In this document: one piece after another, positions 22,231 to 36,197 of the stretch
How positions within the stretch are numbered: the first letter of the stretch is position 1
Layout: each line of letters opens with the position of its first letter
Source: a bacterium
Lineage (GTDB): Bacteria > Zhuqueibacterota > Zhuqueibacteria > Oceanimicrobiales > Oceanimicrobiaceae
Reading direction: 5' to 3'
DNA: 64,000 bases
Assembly (NCBI GenBank): GCA_046758365.1
Contig: JBHIAC010000004.1
Span: 1 to 64,000 of the forward strand
Translations under genes and position numbers: made by a program
Notes under the pieces: generated by a model
Told to the model about the DNA's origin: nothing
Databases searched by the model: none
The model's input: only the letters and a program-made list of their open reading frames with translations

Positions 22231-23203
22231 TAAGTTTTATTTAGGCATCGATTTGGGCGGAACAAATATCAAAGTTGGTGTTGTTACAGATAAAGGACAA
22301 GTTCTTCACCATTTAAGCCTACCAACTGAAGCAGCCAAGGGGCCTGAACACGTACTTGCCCAAATAAAAAAGGGAGTCAAAAAGATTATCGAATTGGCTA
22401 AGACAGATAAGTTTGAAGCTGTTGGAATTGGTACGCCTGGTTCGGTTGACGCAAAAGGATATGTTAGATATCCACCTAATTTTCCTAATTGGCAGGAAGT
22501 GCCTGTCAAAGACGAAATTGAACAATTCATAGGACTTCCAACCTACTTAGATAATGATGCCAATGTGGCTGCCATTGGTGAAGGAGTTTTTGGTAAAGGG
22601 AAATATTTTACTGACTTTTTGTGTATAACCTTAGGGACTGGGGTGGGTGGAGGTCTTTTTTTAAATGGAAAAATGTATCGTGGAAACGGATGGGCGGCTG
22701 GCGAAATCGGACATGTGACCGTTGACCCCGATGGACCCCGTTGCAATTGTGGTAATTATGGTTGCTTGGAGCGATTGGTTGGAGCCAAATATATTTCAGA
22801 AAGAGCAGTTGATAAAATCAAGCGTGCGGAAAAAGAAACAAAAATCTTAGAACTGGCTGATCAGGATTTCTTTAAAATTACCCCTAAAATCATAACTGAA
22901 GCCGCAGTTAACGGAGACCAGTTAGCCCATGCAGTTTTAACAGAGACTGGGGAAATATTGGGTATCGCCTTGGCTAGTGTTATTAATTTGTTGAATTTAC
23001 CATTAATAATTGTTTCTGGAGGAATCTCTCAAGCCGGTTCGTTAATTTTAGATCCCATGCGAGAAACTATTTACAAACGTACTTTACCTGTACCAAGAAA
23101 AGCATTTGAAGTAACCACCGCATCTTTGGGTACCCAGGCAGGCGTCATTGGAGCTGCGGCTTTAGCTATGACAGAGGCTGTTGAATTTTCGAAGTCGTTA
23201 TGA
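22220..23203 (+). CDS. ROK family glucokinase
   Basis: GIDLGGT, NDAN, GTGVGGG, EIGH, CNCGNYGCLE. Confidence 0.92.
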   Translation: MKRNKFYLGIDLGGTNIKVGVVTDKGQVLHHLSLPTEAAKGPEHVLAQIKKGVKKIIELAKTDKFEAVGIGTPGSVDAKGYVRYPPNFPNWQEVPVKDEIEQFIGLPTYLDNDANVAAIGEGVFGKGKYFTDFLCITLGTGVGGGLFLNGKMYRGNGWAAGEIGHVTVDPDGPRCNCGNYGCLERLVGAKYISERAVDKIKRAEKETKILELADQDFFKITPKIITEAAVNGDQLAHAVLTETGEILGIALASVINLLNLPLIIVSGGISQAGSLILDPMRETIYKRTLPVPRKAFEVTTASLGTQAGVIGAAALAMTEAVEFSKSL

Positions 23204-25896
23204 AATGGTTGCTATTAAAACTTACTTTTATATTAATTTATTTGCTGTTTGTTTTCCCCAATTTTGTTTATGCCCAAGAAGAAATCCTATCGGATAGTAC
23301 AAATTTAAGTCCTTCGGACACTTCAGATATTACAAAAGATAGAAGCCTTTTTGAAAACCGGCTTTCAAGAGCTAACAAAGATACAATATTAACAGAAAGT
23401 GTGAAACCAGTAGATGTGGGTATAGATACTTCAGTGGTATTTTCCGCCCGAACCTTTCATATTAACAAAGCAGAACGTATTACATACCTTATTAACAATG
23501 CAGTTGTTAAATATAAAAACGTGACCATTGGGGCCGGGAAAATAACGGTTCTTTGGAATGAAAATACTATTATTGCGGAAGGATTGCCTGATACCTCAAA
23601 TTCAAATAACCCAACTGATGGAGATAGCCTAAAAATTAAGAATAATGGATTACCGATATTCTCCGATGGTAAAGAAACAATTCGTGGAGAAAAAATGGAA
23701 TACAATTTCAAGACTGAACGCGGACGTGTAATTCGAGGCAGGGGTGAAATTGAAGGCGGTTATTATTTTGGTGATGCCATCAAACGCGTAACTGCAAAAG
23801 AATTTAACATCTCCAATGGAATTTATAGCACCTGCAATAAAGAGGAGCCCCACTTCCATTTTAAAGGTAAAAAGATGAAAATTATTTTAGATGATAAAGT
23901 CATAGCCAAGCCGGTGATATTTTTTATTGGTAAAATACCCATAGCACTAGTACCTTTTATAATACATTCAACCAAGGCACAACGCCAATCGGGTATAATT
24001 ATACCTCAATATGGCAGCAGCTCACTGGAGGGTCGTTATCTCCGAAATTTGGGCTACTATTGGGCGGCCAGCGAATATTTCGATGCGCGTTTTACGCTGG
24101 ATTTTTTTGAAAAGACGGGCATCCTTTTTCGCACCCATATGACTTATGCCCTTCGTTACAATTTTAGAGGATCAGTTTCTGGCTCTTTCACGCGTAAAAA
24201 TTTTTCCAGTGGTACACGTCAACGTCGATGGGACTTTAGTATCAGACATAGTCAAACGATCAATCCTACAACTAACCTATCTGTGAATGCAAGCTTTGTC
24301 AGCAATAACAGTTTTTATCGAGAATTTAGTCAAAATCGGAATCAGCGTTTAAGCAGGCAGCTCATTTCTAACGCTACTTTCACTAAAAGATGGTCTGAGG
24401 GGAAAAATAGCATAACTTTGAATCTTTCACAAACAAAAGATTTAGAAACTGGAAGTAGTGCCATAACGCTTCCACAAATTCGTTTTACCCGGAACCAGAG
24501 TGCAATTTTTCCTTTTAAACATGAAAAACAAGCCCGTGTTTCGGGTAGGGCCAACGAAAAACCTAAATGGTATAACTTTCTGAGATATGATTATAAAGGA
24601 TTTTTTGTAAATTCGGTGAAAAAAGATAGTACAGGTGATCCTGATGCGGACGTGAAAAGACGGGCAGAGCATGCCCTTAATTTTAGTTTCACAAATCCAA
24701 AAAAGATTTTCGGATGGCTTAGTATTAATCAAACATTGCGCTATAAAGAAGATTGGTTTGATCGTACCAAAACCTTTTCTTTGGATGTTTCGACCAATGA
24801 TACCTTGGAGACCGAAGATAAAGGTTTTGCAGCTCGTCGGATTTTTTCTTTATCTGTTTCGGCTAACACGAAATTGTACGGCACTTTCTTTCCCAATATT
24901 GGTTCTATTAAAACCATACGCCATGTTATGACGCCTACAATGACTTTTTCATATCAGCCTGATTTTTCCGATCGATTTTGGGGCTATTTTCAATCTTTGC
25001 AAGACACCTCGGGAAAAGATATTCCGGGGCTGGACCGGTTTGGTGGCACCCCTTCTGGAGAACGAAAAAGTTTATCGTTTGGCCTTAGCAATCTATTTCA
25101 GATGAAACTTGGTGAAGGTGAGAAAGAAAAGAAGATAGACTTGTTTAATTTGAATTTTAATGGTGGCTACAATTTTGCGGCTGATAATTTTAATTGGAAT
25201 GATTTACGTACAACATTTAGAGCCAATCCCAGAAAGAATCTTGGAATTAGTATGGGTATGACCCATAGTTTTTATGATTATGATCCAGAAACGGGAAATC
25301 GTGTCAATAAACTTTTATTTAATAAAAAGGGAATATTTAATTTTCTCAGGCTTACGCGATTTCAATTGGATGCAAGATGGAGTTTGAGCGGTCGTAGAAA
25401 AAGTGCGAAACAAAATGGTGGTGGCCAATCTTCCACTGGCAAGATTCAAGGAGCAGAATCTTTACCAATTGAACAAGTTGACCATTCACAATTACAAAAT
25501 GGAGATGAAGTCAGGGATCGTTTTCAATCTCAGAGTGCCTTTTCAGCCTTTGACATTCCTTGGCGAGCTACGGTCTCATTTTCTTACAGTGTAAATAAAT
25601 TTAATCCTACAAGGCCTAGTCGAAATGCCTATATCGATCTGTCTAACGTAGAAGTACAATTGACTAAAAAGTGGCGTATAGGTTATCGTTTTAGGTATGA
25701 TATTGAGAATAGTAAGATTGCAGATCAACGGATATCCATTTACAGAGACTTGCATTGCTGGGAGGCTCAATTTAATTGGAATCCTTCAGGAATTGGTCGA
25801 GGGTTTTATTTTAAAATAAACATTAAAGCGCCTCATCTTCGACAAATAAAAATCGAACAACGAGGGGGTACGACTAGTGTGTTCTCACCATTTTAA
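23200..25896 (+). CDS. lptD: Putative LPS assembly protein LptD
   Basis: YSTC..PHFH, GYYWA, RDLHCWE barrel end. Confidence 0.85.
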   Translation: MKWLLLKLTFILIYLLFVFPNFVYAQEEILSDSTNLSPSDTSDITKDRSLFENRLSRANKDTILTESVKPVDVGIDTSVVFSARTFHINKAERITYLINNAVVKYKNVTIGAGKITVLWNENTIIAEGLPDTSNSNNPTDGDSLKIKNNGLPIFSDGKETIRGEKMEYNFKTERGRVIRGRGEIEGGYYFGDAIKRVTAKEFNISNGIYSTCNKEEPHFHFKGKKMKIILDDKVIAKPVIFFIGKIPIALVPFIIHSTKAQRQSGIIIPQYGSSSLEGRYLRNLGYYWAASEYFDARFTLDFFEKTGILFRTHMTYALRYNFRGSVSGSFTRKNFSSGTRQRRWDFSIRHSQTINPTTNLSVNASFVSNNSFYREFSQNRNQRLSRQLISNATFTKRWSEGKNSITLNLSQTKDLETGSSAITLPQIRFTRNQSAIFPFKHEKQARVSGRANEKPKWYNFLRYDYKGFFVNSVKKDSTGDPDADVKRRAEHALNFSFTNPKKIFGWLSINQTLRYKEDWFDRTKTFSLDVSTNDTLETEDKGFAARRIFSLSVSANTKLYGTFFPNIGSIKTIRHVMTPTMTFSYQPDFSDRFWGYFQSLQDTSGKDIPGLDRFGGTPSGERKSLSFGLSNLFQMKLGEGEKEKKIDLFNLNFNGGYNFAADNFNWNDLRTTFRANPRKNLGISMGMTHSFYDYDPETGNRVNKLLFNKKGIFNFLRLTRFQLDARWSLSGRRKSAKQNGGGQSSTGKIQGAESLPIEQVDHSQLQNGDEVRDRFQSQSAFSAFDIPWRATVSFSYSVNKFNPTRPSRNAYIDLSNVEVQLTKKWRIGYRFRYDIENSKIADQRISIYRDLHCWEAQFNWNPSGIGRGFYFKINIKAPHLRQIKIEQRGGTTSVFSPF

Positions 25897-26017
25897 TATT
25901 TGGATCCAAAGATTTGATTGGTAATACTATAATTTAAGGCACAACTTTTATCTTGATTTTAGTAAGTTAAAAGCTTATATTACAAACAGATTTGGCAAGA
26001 TCAATTGGGGAATCTTA

Positions 26018-26782
26018 ATGTCGAAAATTATTACCATCGCTAATCAAAAAGGCGGGGTTGGTAAAACAACTACTGCAGTCAATCTTTCAGCTTGTTTGGC
26101 GGTTGCAGAGCATTCAACACTTTTAATAGACATTGATCCACAAGCTAATTCAACCAGTGGTGTCGGGATAGACCCCAAGAGGGTCCAAAAAAGTATTTAC
26201 GAAGTAATAATAGAAAGCCTTGATATTCAACGGGCTATAACCACAACAAATTTGAAGTATTTGGACCTACTCCCATCGACAGTTCGTTTAGCCGGCGCAG
26301 AAATTGAATTAGTAAACTCTATTTCTCGGGAAAAAGTTTTGTACAATGCTTTACAAAATTTGAAAAGAAATTATGATTATATTTTTATTGATTGTCCTCC
26401 TTCTTTAGGCCTTTTAACCATAAATGCCTTAACCGCGGCTGATTCAGTACTTATCCCTATTCAGTGTGAATATTACGCCTTGGAAGGATTGGGCCAATTA
26501 CTTAATACCATTCGGTTGGTTCAGAAGCATTTAAATGAAAAGCTTGTTATTGAAGGTGTTCTTTTGACAATGTTTGACAGCCGTCTAAACCTTTCACGTC
26601 AAGTTGCCGAGGATGTTAAAAGATACTTTGATAATAAAGTTTTTAAAACCATTATAGATCGAAACGTTCGATTGAGTGAAGCTCCAAGTTATGGTAAGCC
26701 CATCATATTATACGATGCTATCTCAAAAGGGGCAGAGAACTATATGAACTTAGCGGAGGAAATTTTGAGTAATGGCCGTTAA
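26018..26782 (+). CDS. parA: Chromosome partitioning ATPase ParA/Soj
   Basis: [31 protein letters not shown]. Confidence 0.97.
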   Translation: MSKIITIANQKGGVGKTTTAVNLSACLAVAEHSTLLIDIDPQANSTSGVGIDPKRVQKSIYEVIIESLDIQRAITTTNLKYLDLLPSTVRLAGAEIELVNSISREKVLYNALQNLKRNYDYIFIDCPPSLGLLTINALTAADSVLIPIQCEYYALEGLGQLLNTIRLVQKHLNEKLVIEGVLLTMFDSRLNLSRQVAEDVKRYFDNKVFKTIIDRNVRLSEAPSYGKPIILYDAISKGAENYMNLAEEILSNGR

Positions 26783-27635
26783 GAGGCTTGGTAAAGGATT
26801 GAGCGCCTTGATTCCTGATATTTCAATTGATGAGCAGCCTCAAGTAGAGCGCCTCAGAGATATTGAAGTTTCCACAGTTAACCCAAATCCTTTTCAACCT
26901 AGGGAAACTATTGATGCAATTGCTTTAGAGGAATTAAAACAATCCATTGAAGAAAATGGCGTCATTCAACCTATTACGGTTCGTGAAATAAATTCAGGCT
27001 ATGAATTAATCGCTGGCGAAAGAAGACTCAGAGCGGTGCGTGATTTGGGATTAGAACACATACCTGCTTATGTGTTAGAGGTTAACACCGATGAGGAGAT
27101 GCTGGAGCTTTCACTTGTCGAAAATATTCAAAGAGAAAATCTCAACCCCATTGATGAAGCAAACGGCTTCGAAACTTTGATTACAAAATGTAACCTAACG
27201 CAAGATGAAGTAGCTAAAAAAGTAGGGAAAGACAGATCAACTATTACCAATTCTCTTCGACTCCTCAAGTTGCCAAGCGTTATTCAAGACAGTTTAATTA
27301 AGGGGGAAATTACTGCTGGACACGCCAGAGCTTTTCTAACCTTACCAAATAAGAGTGCCCAAATTGCTTTCTGGAAAAGAACAGTTCAAAAAAAACATTC
27401 AGTACGACAGGTTGAAAAACTTGTTAAGGAATCAACTCAACCATTAAAACCCAAAAAAGAAAAACGTAGAGAAGTTGATCCTTTAATTCAGGAATCGGAG
27501 GATAAATTAAGGAGCATTTTAGGCACTCAAGTTCGAATACACGCGAATAGAAAGGGAACGGGCGGTAAAATAGAAATTGAATACTATTCAGATGCCGATC
27601 TTGAAAGAATATTAGAACTAATGGAAAAAATTTAA
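26772..27635 (+). CDS. parB: Chromosome partitioning protein ParB/Spo0J
   Basis: [34 protein letters not shown]. Confidence 0.97.
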   Translation: MAVKRLGKGLSALIPDISIDEQPQVERLRDIEVSTVNPNPFQPRETIDAIALEELKQSIEENGVIQPITVREINSGYELIAGERRLRAVRDLGLEHIPAYVLEVNTDEEMLELSLVENIQRENLNPIDEANGFETLITKCNLTQDEVAKKVGKDRSTITNSLRLLKLPSVIQDSLIKGEITAGHARAFLTLPNKSAQIAFWKRTVQKKHSVRQVEKLVKESTQPLKPKKEKRREVDPLIQESEDKLRSILGTQVRIHANRKGTGGKIEIEYYSDADLERILELMEKI

Positions 27636-27887
27636 TGATTTTAAGTGATTGTAACCTTCAGAAAATTCTTGAATTTTTGTTTTATTATTTTTAACTTTTT
27701 TATGATTATACAAACAACTCTACTGTCATTATGAAGCTACAAGATTGCTCCAACACGCGTCCTCGCCCGTTGGTTACAAGCGCCTGCAAGGACGCATGCT
27801 TGAGCTTAGTAAATTGGAAAGAATTTAAAATGCTTTAATGACTTAGGTACAAAAAGGTAGGAATCTAAAATTCTTAAGTTGTAAATA

Positions 27888-28772
27888 ATGAAAAAAAGAA
27901 GATCAAGTAAAATATCCATTTTAGTTGTTCCTGAAGATAATACCGAACCTTATAGCTTTCGTTTAAATACTAGATTAGTAAAATTTTTATATTTTGTCGG
28001 AGGGTTATTAATTTTACACATTATTCTTGGAGCAATCTTTTATTTTAAATATGCAAATTTAAATACATTTAATCAACAATTGTTAGAAAATAATGCCCAG
28101 CTTCTACAGGATAACAAAAGAGTAATTGCTTTGGCAGATCAATTATATAATTTGGAAAAGGAATACAAAAAAGTAAGGAATTTACTTGGTATTAACGATG
28201 ACTTTAAACCAACGACAGGTGGAAGGATTAAATCTAATCAATCAACTTTACCATTGGACAATATTATTCCTCCACTTTCCACAGAAGCCGAGTCGCGTTT
28301 GAATTTATTTGAATCTAAAGCACGCTACTTATTGTCTCCCCATAAGAGCAAGCTACATTACTACGCTGAAAATATCCCTACACTTCTTCCAGTGGAAGGC
28401 TTTTTAACCTCTGATTTTAATAAGGAGGGATGGTTTTTTCCTAAAACACACACTGGGATCGATATTGCGGCGAAAAAGGGCACAGTGATTCGGGCTGCTG
28501 GTTCTGGTGTAGTAATATTTGCAAATTGGACCTGTGATTTGGGGAATTTAATGATTATTGACCACGGAGGCGGCATTTTGTCCTATTATGGGCATAATCA
28601 AAGATTGTTAAAAAGTGAAAAAAATTATGTTAAAAAAGGGGAATCTATTGCACTCTTAGGGACTTCGGGTAGAAGTTCAGGGCCCCATCTACATTTTGAA
28701 ATTTGGAAAGATGGGGCACCTGTGGATCCAAAAGAGTTTATTCTAGCCTTTAATATTAAAACTAATCGTTAA
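27888..28772 (+). CDS. Membrane-anchored M23 family metallopeptidase
   Basis: TM, coiled coil, HTGIDI and GPHLHFE motifs. Confidence 0.92.
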   Translation: MKKRRSSKISILVVPEDNTEPYSFRLNTRLVKFLYFVGGLLILHIILGAIFYFKYANLNTFNQQLLENNAQLLQDNKRVIALADQLYNLEKEYKKVRNLLGINDDFKPTTGGRIKSNQSTLPLDNIIPPLSTEAESRLNLFESKARYLLSPHKSKLHYYAENIPTLLPVEGFLTSDFNKEGWFFPKTHTGIDIAAKKGTVIRAAGSGVVIFANWTCDLGNLMIIDHGGGILSYYGHNQRLLKSEKNYVKKGESIALLGTSGRSSGPHLHFEIWKDGAPVDPKEFILAFNIKTNR

Positions 28773-28798
28773 TCGAGGATAAACAGGCGAGGAATATT

Positions 28799-29248
28799 AT
28801 GCTAGGGAAAAAAAATGTTGATGTCTTTAACACAAGTGGTGATTTAAATACGATAATTGGTAAGGGCTCTACTTTCGAAGGTACCCTAAAAGTGAAAAGC
28901 ACACTCCGTGTAGATGGCAAAGTCAAAGGTAATATCACCACCAGCGATTCATTAGTAGTTGGAAAAGAAGGGGACATTAATGGAGAAGTAAAGGTAATAA
29001 ATGCAATTTTAGGGGGTAAATTAAAAGGGAAACTCCATGCTTCGGGAAAGGTTGTTTTGGAATCTAATTCCATTTTTAATGGTGAACTTAAAACGAGCAA
29101 ATTGGTAATTGATGAAGGTGCAATTTTTGAAGGGATTTGTTCCATGAGTGATGTTAAAATCCCTGAAAGCAAGACTGAATTTCCTAAAAGTGTTTCTTCT
29201 ATGATAGATCAAAAAGGAGAAACTAAAGAAATCAAAATAGCAAAATAA
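28799..29248 (+). CDS. Bactofilin (polymer-forming cytoskeletal protein, CcmA family)
   Basis: TIIGKGSTFEG..LRVDG beta-helix repeats, IDEGAIFEG. Confidence 0.93.
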   Translation: MLGKKNVDVFNTSGDLNTIIGKGSTFEGTLKVKSTLRVDGKVKGNITTSDSLVVGKEGDINGEVKVINAILGGKLKGKLHASGKVVLESNSIFNGELKTSKLVIDEGAIFEGICSMSDVKIPESKTEFPKSVSSMIDQKGETKEIKIAK

Positions 29249-29249
29249 C

Positions 29250-29495
29250 TTGAATGATAATTCTTCAGATAGCAGAAAAGGCATTAAGACAGTAGCTCCT
29301 TACTTCGATTTGGGTCTTCGATTTGCAATTGCTATAATATTAGGGGTTGGAGGCGGGTACTGGTTGGATTCAAAATTGAATACTACTCCATTAATGCTTA
29401 TTCTTGGATTATTTTTGGGGGCTACCTCTGGATTTTTAACAGTTTATAGAGCGGTCTACCCCCACGATTCTACAAAATCGAGAAAAGATGAATGA
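29250..29495 (+). CDS. AtpZ/AtpI (ATPase gene 1) family protein
   Basis: GYWLDSKLNTTP, two TMs, first gene of the atp operon. Confidence 0.88.
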   Translation: MNDNSSDSRKGIKTVAPYFDLGLRFAIAIILGVGGGYWLDSKLNTTPLMLILGLFLGATSGFLTVYRAVYPHDSTKSRKDE

Positions 29496-29593
29496 CGTTG
29501 GTGCAAAAACACGAGGATTTTAACTTTGAGCAAGCGTAATTTTAATATTTTAAACTTAAGATTTTTAGCTAACGACCTTTTTGCACCTACGTC
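29494..29593. mobile_element. MITE family B, 100-bp copy with 6-bp target duplication ATGAAT
   Basis: GACGTTGGTGCAAAAA ... TTTTTGCACCTACGTC flanked by ATGAAT at 29488-29493 and 29594-29599. Confidence 0.85.
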
Positions 29594-29983
29594 ATGAATG
29601 AAAATTTGAAATTTTTTATACAAATAAGTGGTATAACATCAACTATTCTCATTATATCTCTTGTTCCTGTAAAATATTTTGGAAACTCCCGATTGGCGTG
29701 GGGGGTTTTTTATGGATATTTAGTAAGTCTGGTTAATATTCTTTTTGCTTTCTTTTCAATTAAATGGGCCTTTAATAGATCCTCAAAAACCTTTTTTGCG
29801 GTTGTTCTCGGCGGGATGGGTATTAGATTTTTAGTCCTTATATTCGCGCTCTTTTTTATGTGGAATTTTACCAAAGTATCTTTAATTGGGTTCATGGTAT
29901 CTTTAGTATGCTTTTATTTAACCTTACAATACTTTGAAGTCAGATTCATTCAAAAAGAGTTAAAAAGTAGAAAAGCTTCTTGA
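29594..29983 (+). CDS. atpI: ATP synthase protein I (4 TM)
   Basis: Hydrophobic 129 aa protein immediately before atpB. Confidence 0.75.
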   Translation: MNENLKFFIQISGITSTILIISLVPVKYFGNSRLAWGVFYGYLVSLVNILFAFFSIKWAFNRSSKTFFAVVLGGMGIRFLVLIFALFFMWNFTKVSLIGFMVSLVCFYLTLQYFEVRFIQKELKSRKAS

Positions 29984-30804
29984 AAAACGATATGAATGGA
30001 TTTATAGGATTAATTTTAACAAAGATTGTTGACGGTCAGGAAGGAGGTAAACATGAGAAGGCGGGTGCTGAATTTATTATGCACCACATTACTGATTCAG
30101 ATGTGATTCCAATTCATCTTTTTGGCTTTGACATATCCATCACTAAACACATTATTATGATCTGGATCGCCTCTGGATTGTTGATTGTAACTTTTTCTAT
30201 ATTATTCAGGAAGCCGAAATTAGTGCCGCACGGCCTTGCTAATTTCTTTGAATATCTTATTACTTATTTAGAAGAAGACGTGATGCGGCCTTATCTTGGG
30301 AGTCACAGCCGCAGGTATGCTCCTTATCTTTTGACCGCTTTCTTTTTTATATTAACCTGTAATTTGATGGGCTTAGTCCCTTTCGGTTCAACGGCCACGG
30401 GCAACATAAGCGTGACCGCAGCTTTGGCGCTTCTGACATTTTTTATGGTTCAGATTTCCGGCATTAGGAATCATGGATTCATTGGATATTTTAAGGGCAT
30501 TATCCCCCCTGGTTTACCCATATTTGTATTGCCTATCATGATTCCGGTTGAATTCATTGGTATGATGACCAAGCATTTCGCCTTAGCCATTCGACTTTTT
30601 GCAAATATGACGGCGGGTCACGTGGTTATCTTGGCCTTATTAGGACTAATCTTTAGTTTCAAGAATTGGTTTGTGGGAGGTATTACTTTAGGTGGCATTT
30701 TATTTGTAAGTTTACTTGAAATCTTAATCGCCCTGATTCAAGCGTACATATTTACTATTCTGTCATCTGTATTTATTGGCATGGCAGTTCATCAAGAGCA
30801 TTAA
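29980..30804 (+). CDS. atpB: F0 ATP synthase subunit a
   Basis: LAIRLFANMTAGH, IQAYIFT. Confidence 0.97.
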   Translation: MKNDMNGFIGLILTKIVDGQEGGKHEKAGAEFIMHHITDSDVIPIHLFGFDISITKHIIMIWIASGLLIVTFSILFRKPKLVPHGLANFFEYLITYLEEDVMRPYLGSHSRRYAPYLLTAFFFILTCNLMGLVPFGSTATGNISVTAALALLTFFMVQISGIRNHGFIGYFKGIIPPGLPIFVLPIMIPVEFIGMMTKHFALAIRLFANMTAGHVVILALLGLIFSFKNWFVGGITLGGILFVSLLEILIALIQAYIFTILSSVFIGMAVHQEH

Positions 30805-30844
30805 TAAAAAAATTAACTTATCACAAAACAAAGAAGGAGGATTC

Positions 30845-31078
30845 ATGACTGAACTTGGAATGGCATTTTTATCTGCGGGTTTTGGTGCTGCGATCGCTGT
30901 TTTTGGTGGTGCTTATGGTATCAGCAAATTAGCAAGCGCTGCTATGGAAGGAATCGCCAGGCAACCAGAGGCGGCTGGGGATATTAGAGGTGCAATGATT
31001 ATTACTGCGGCTATGATTGAGGGTGTGGCCCTTTTAGCCTTGGTTATTTGTTTCTTATTAAGTCTTAAAACTACTTAA
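30845..31078 (+). CDS. atpE: F0 ATP synthase subunit c
   Basis: ARQPE, MIEG (H+-type pattern); GGAGG RBS before ATG 30845. Confidence 0.97.
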   Translation: MTELGMAFLSAGFGAAIAVFGGAYGISKLASAAMEGIARQPEAAGDIRGAMIITAAMIEGVALLALVICFLLSLKTT

Positions 31079-31098
31079 ATTATATAGGTAAACAGAAT

Positions 31099-31593
31099 AT
31101 GAATTTACTCAGTCCAGATCCTGGGACAATATTTTGGACCGCTTTAACTTTTGTTCTTCTACTTTTTGTTTTGAAAAAGATGGCCTGGGGGCCCATTCTC
31201 CAGACCCTTGATGAGAGAGAAAGAAGAATAAAGGAATCTCTTGAAAAGGCGAATGTGGCTCAAAAAGAACTAGAAGAGGTCAGAGTTCAACAACAAGAAA
31301 TTTTGGAATCTGCCAAGAAAGAGGCTCAAGAGCTTTTAAACAAAAGTCGCAAAACGGCTGAATCTACTAAAGATGAGATTATTCAAAAAGCCCAATCCGA
31401 AGCCTCAAGCATGATAGACCGTGCTAAACGAGAAATAGTTTTGGAAAGCGAAAAAGCCGTTGAAATGATAAAAAAACAAACGGTCGAATTATCAGTACTT
31501 ATGGCTTCAAAGTTGATAAGTAAATCATTATCTTCTAAAGAGCACAAAAAATTGATTGAAGAATCTTTACAAGAAATGGTGGAGGCCAATTGA
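31099..31593 (+). CDS. atpF: F0 ATP synthase subunit b
   Basis: [16 protein letters not shown] coiled coil. Confidence 0.96.
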   Translation: MNLLSPDPGTIFWTALTFVLLLFVLKKMAWGPILQTLDERERRIKESLEKANVAQKELEEVRVQQQEILESAKKEAQELLNKSRKTAESTKDEIIQKAQSEASSMIDRAKREIVLESEKAVEMIKKQTVELSVLMASKLISKSLSSKEHKKLIEESLQEMVEAN

Positions 31594-32147
31594 GAGAAAA
31601 CGTCCTTGCAAGAAGATATGCTCGAGCTCTTTTTGAAATAGCTGAAGAAAGGGGAATAATAGAAAAAATTCACAATGAAGTCGAATTGTTTAATCAGAGC
31701 TTACAAACTAATCAACCCTTCAGAAACTTTCTCAATTCACCAGAAATTAACAAAAGTGAGAAAGTAAAAAAGATAGAGGAACTTTTTCAGGACAAAGTAT
31801 CAAATGTGTTTTTTAATTTTATTCTGGTATTTTTAAAGAAAAATCGCCAATCTATTTTTACCACGATAGCTAAAGAGTTCGAGCGTCTTCATGATAAATA
31901 TTCTAAAAAAATACGAGCTTCAACTATTACGGCGGTTCCCTTAGATGAAAGCTCCTTTTCAAGAATAAAGGTAACATTAAGTCAAGCATTTGATGCAGAT
32001 GTTGAGATTCAAAACAGTATTGATCCTAATATTCTGGCTGGCATAATTATAAAAGTAAATGGCCAAGTGTTCGACGGCAGTCTTCAAAGTCAATTACGCC
32101 GACTTAAATATCAATTGACTGAAAATTCGAAATCAGATTTGGTATAA
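31590..32147 (+). CDS. atpH: F1 ATP synthase subunit delta
   Basis: [21 protein letters not shown]. Confidence 0.96.
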   Translation: MRENVLARRYARALFEIAEERGIIEKIHNEVELFNQSLQTNQPFRNFLNSPEINKSEKVKKIEELFQDKVSNVFFNFILVFLKKNRQSIFTTIAKEFERLHDKYSKKIRASTITAVPLDESSFSRIKVTLSQAFDADVEIQNSIDPNILAGIIIKVNGQVFDGSLQSQLRRLKYQLTENSKSDLV

Positions 32148-32283
32148 CATTTGCAAATATTTTATTTAGCTACAATTAACCCTATAAATGAAGGCTTTTC
32201 TTTAAAAGATTGTTTCATTTAGGAACAAACGTATATTTATGAGATGCAATGTTCAGGTTTTTATCATTATATATAGTTATTAA

Positions 32284-33819
<1,536 letters not shown>

Positions 33820-34686
33820 TTGGCTACCCTTCGTGATATAAGGAGACGCATAAGCAGCGTTCGAAGTACTCAGCAAATTACTAAGGCCATGAAAATGGTT
33901 GCGGCCGCAAAATTGCGTAAGGCCCAGGCAAGGCTTATTAATGCAAGGCCTTATGCCTATCGTCTGGGGCAGCTTTTATCTCATGTGGCTGCCAAAGAAG
34001 ACCGAAGCCTTCATCCGCTTTTGGCAGTACGAGAACCAAACAATATTTGTATTGTGACAGTAACAGCCGACCGAGGACTTTGCGGTAGCTTCAACACAAA
34101 TATCATACGAAGAGCTAAATCCGAATTTGATGCGCAAATCTCTACAGAGAAGGTAAGTTTGGTCACAGTTGGGAAAAAAGGCTTTGAACATTTCTCGCAT
34201 AGAGGATATGATATAATTGAAAGATATACAAATTTCTTCGACGAACTAGAATTTAAACATGCCTTAAATATTTCTAGTTTAATCCAGGATATGTATCAAA
34301 CAAAAGAATTGGATCGAGTTTTTGTTGTTTATAATGAATTTAAATCTGCAGCATTACAAAGAGTTATAGTCGAACAACTGTTACCGATTGAACCCCAATT
34401 ACCAGAATTTGATAAATACCAGCCAGTAGACTATCTTTATGAACCTTCGGCTAGTAGAATATTAGATGAAATATGTCCAAAAAATTTAAATATTCAGATT
34501 TGGCGAATTTTATTAGAATCTTATGCGGCAGAACAGGGCGCTAGAATGATAGCCATGGAAACAGCTACTGACAACGCTCAAGAAATGATTTACGATTTGA
34601 CACTATATTACAATAAAGTTCGACAAGCTACAATTACTAAAGAAATTACCGAAATTGTCGGTGGTGCTGAAGCACTTCGAACTTAA
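33820..34686 (+). CDS. atpG: F1 ATP synthase subunit gamma
   Basis: QQITKAMKMVAAAKL, DRGLCG, RQATITKEITEI. Confidence 0.99.
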   Translation: MATLRDIRRRISSVRSTQQITKAMKMVAAAKLRKAQARLINARPYAYRLGQLLSHVAAKEDRSLHPLLAVREPNNICIVTVTADRGLCGSFNTNIIRRAKSEFDAQISTEKVSLVTVGKKGFEHFSHRGYDIIERYTNFFDELEFKHALNISSLIQDMYQTKELDRVFVVYNEFKSAALQRVIVEQLLPIEPQLPEFDKYQPVDYLYEPSASRILDEICPKNLNIQIWRILLESYAAEQGARMIAMETATDNAQEMIYDLTLYYNKVRQATITKEITEIVGGAEALRT

Positions 34687-34724
34687 TTCACTAAAATGAA
34701 AGCCATAATGAACTTATTAATTAA

Positions 34725-36140
<1,416 letters not shown>

Positions 36141-36197
36141 TGTTAAATCATGATGTTGATTCAAGCCTATTAAGATAAAAAATTATTTTCCGATTAT

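Noticed and set aside
27747..27805. SRP RNA, 6S RNA or tRNA as the identity of the hairpin
   Set aside because: Lacks the SRP GGAA tetraloop and internal-loop motif, is too short for 6S, and forms no cloverleaf
30845..31078. Na+-translocating or N-type ATPase
   Set aside because: Subunit c lacks the Gln and Glu-Ser/Thr Na+ signature, and the gene order is canonical F-type
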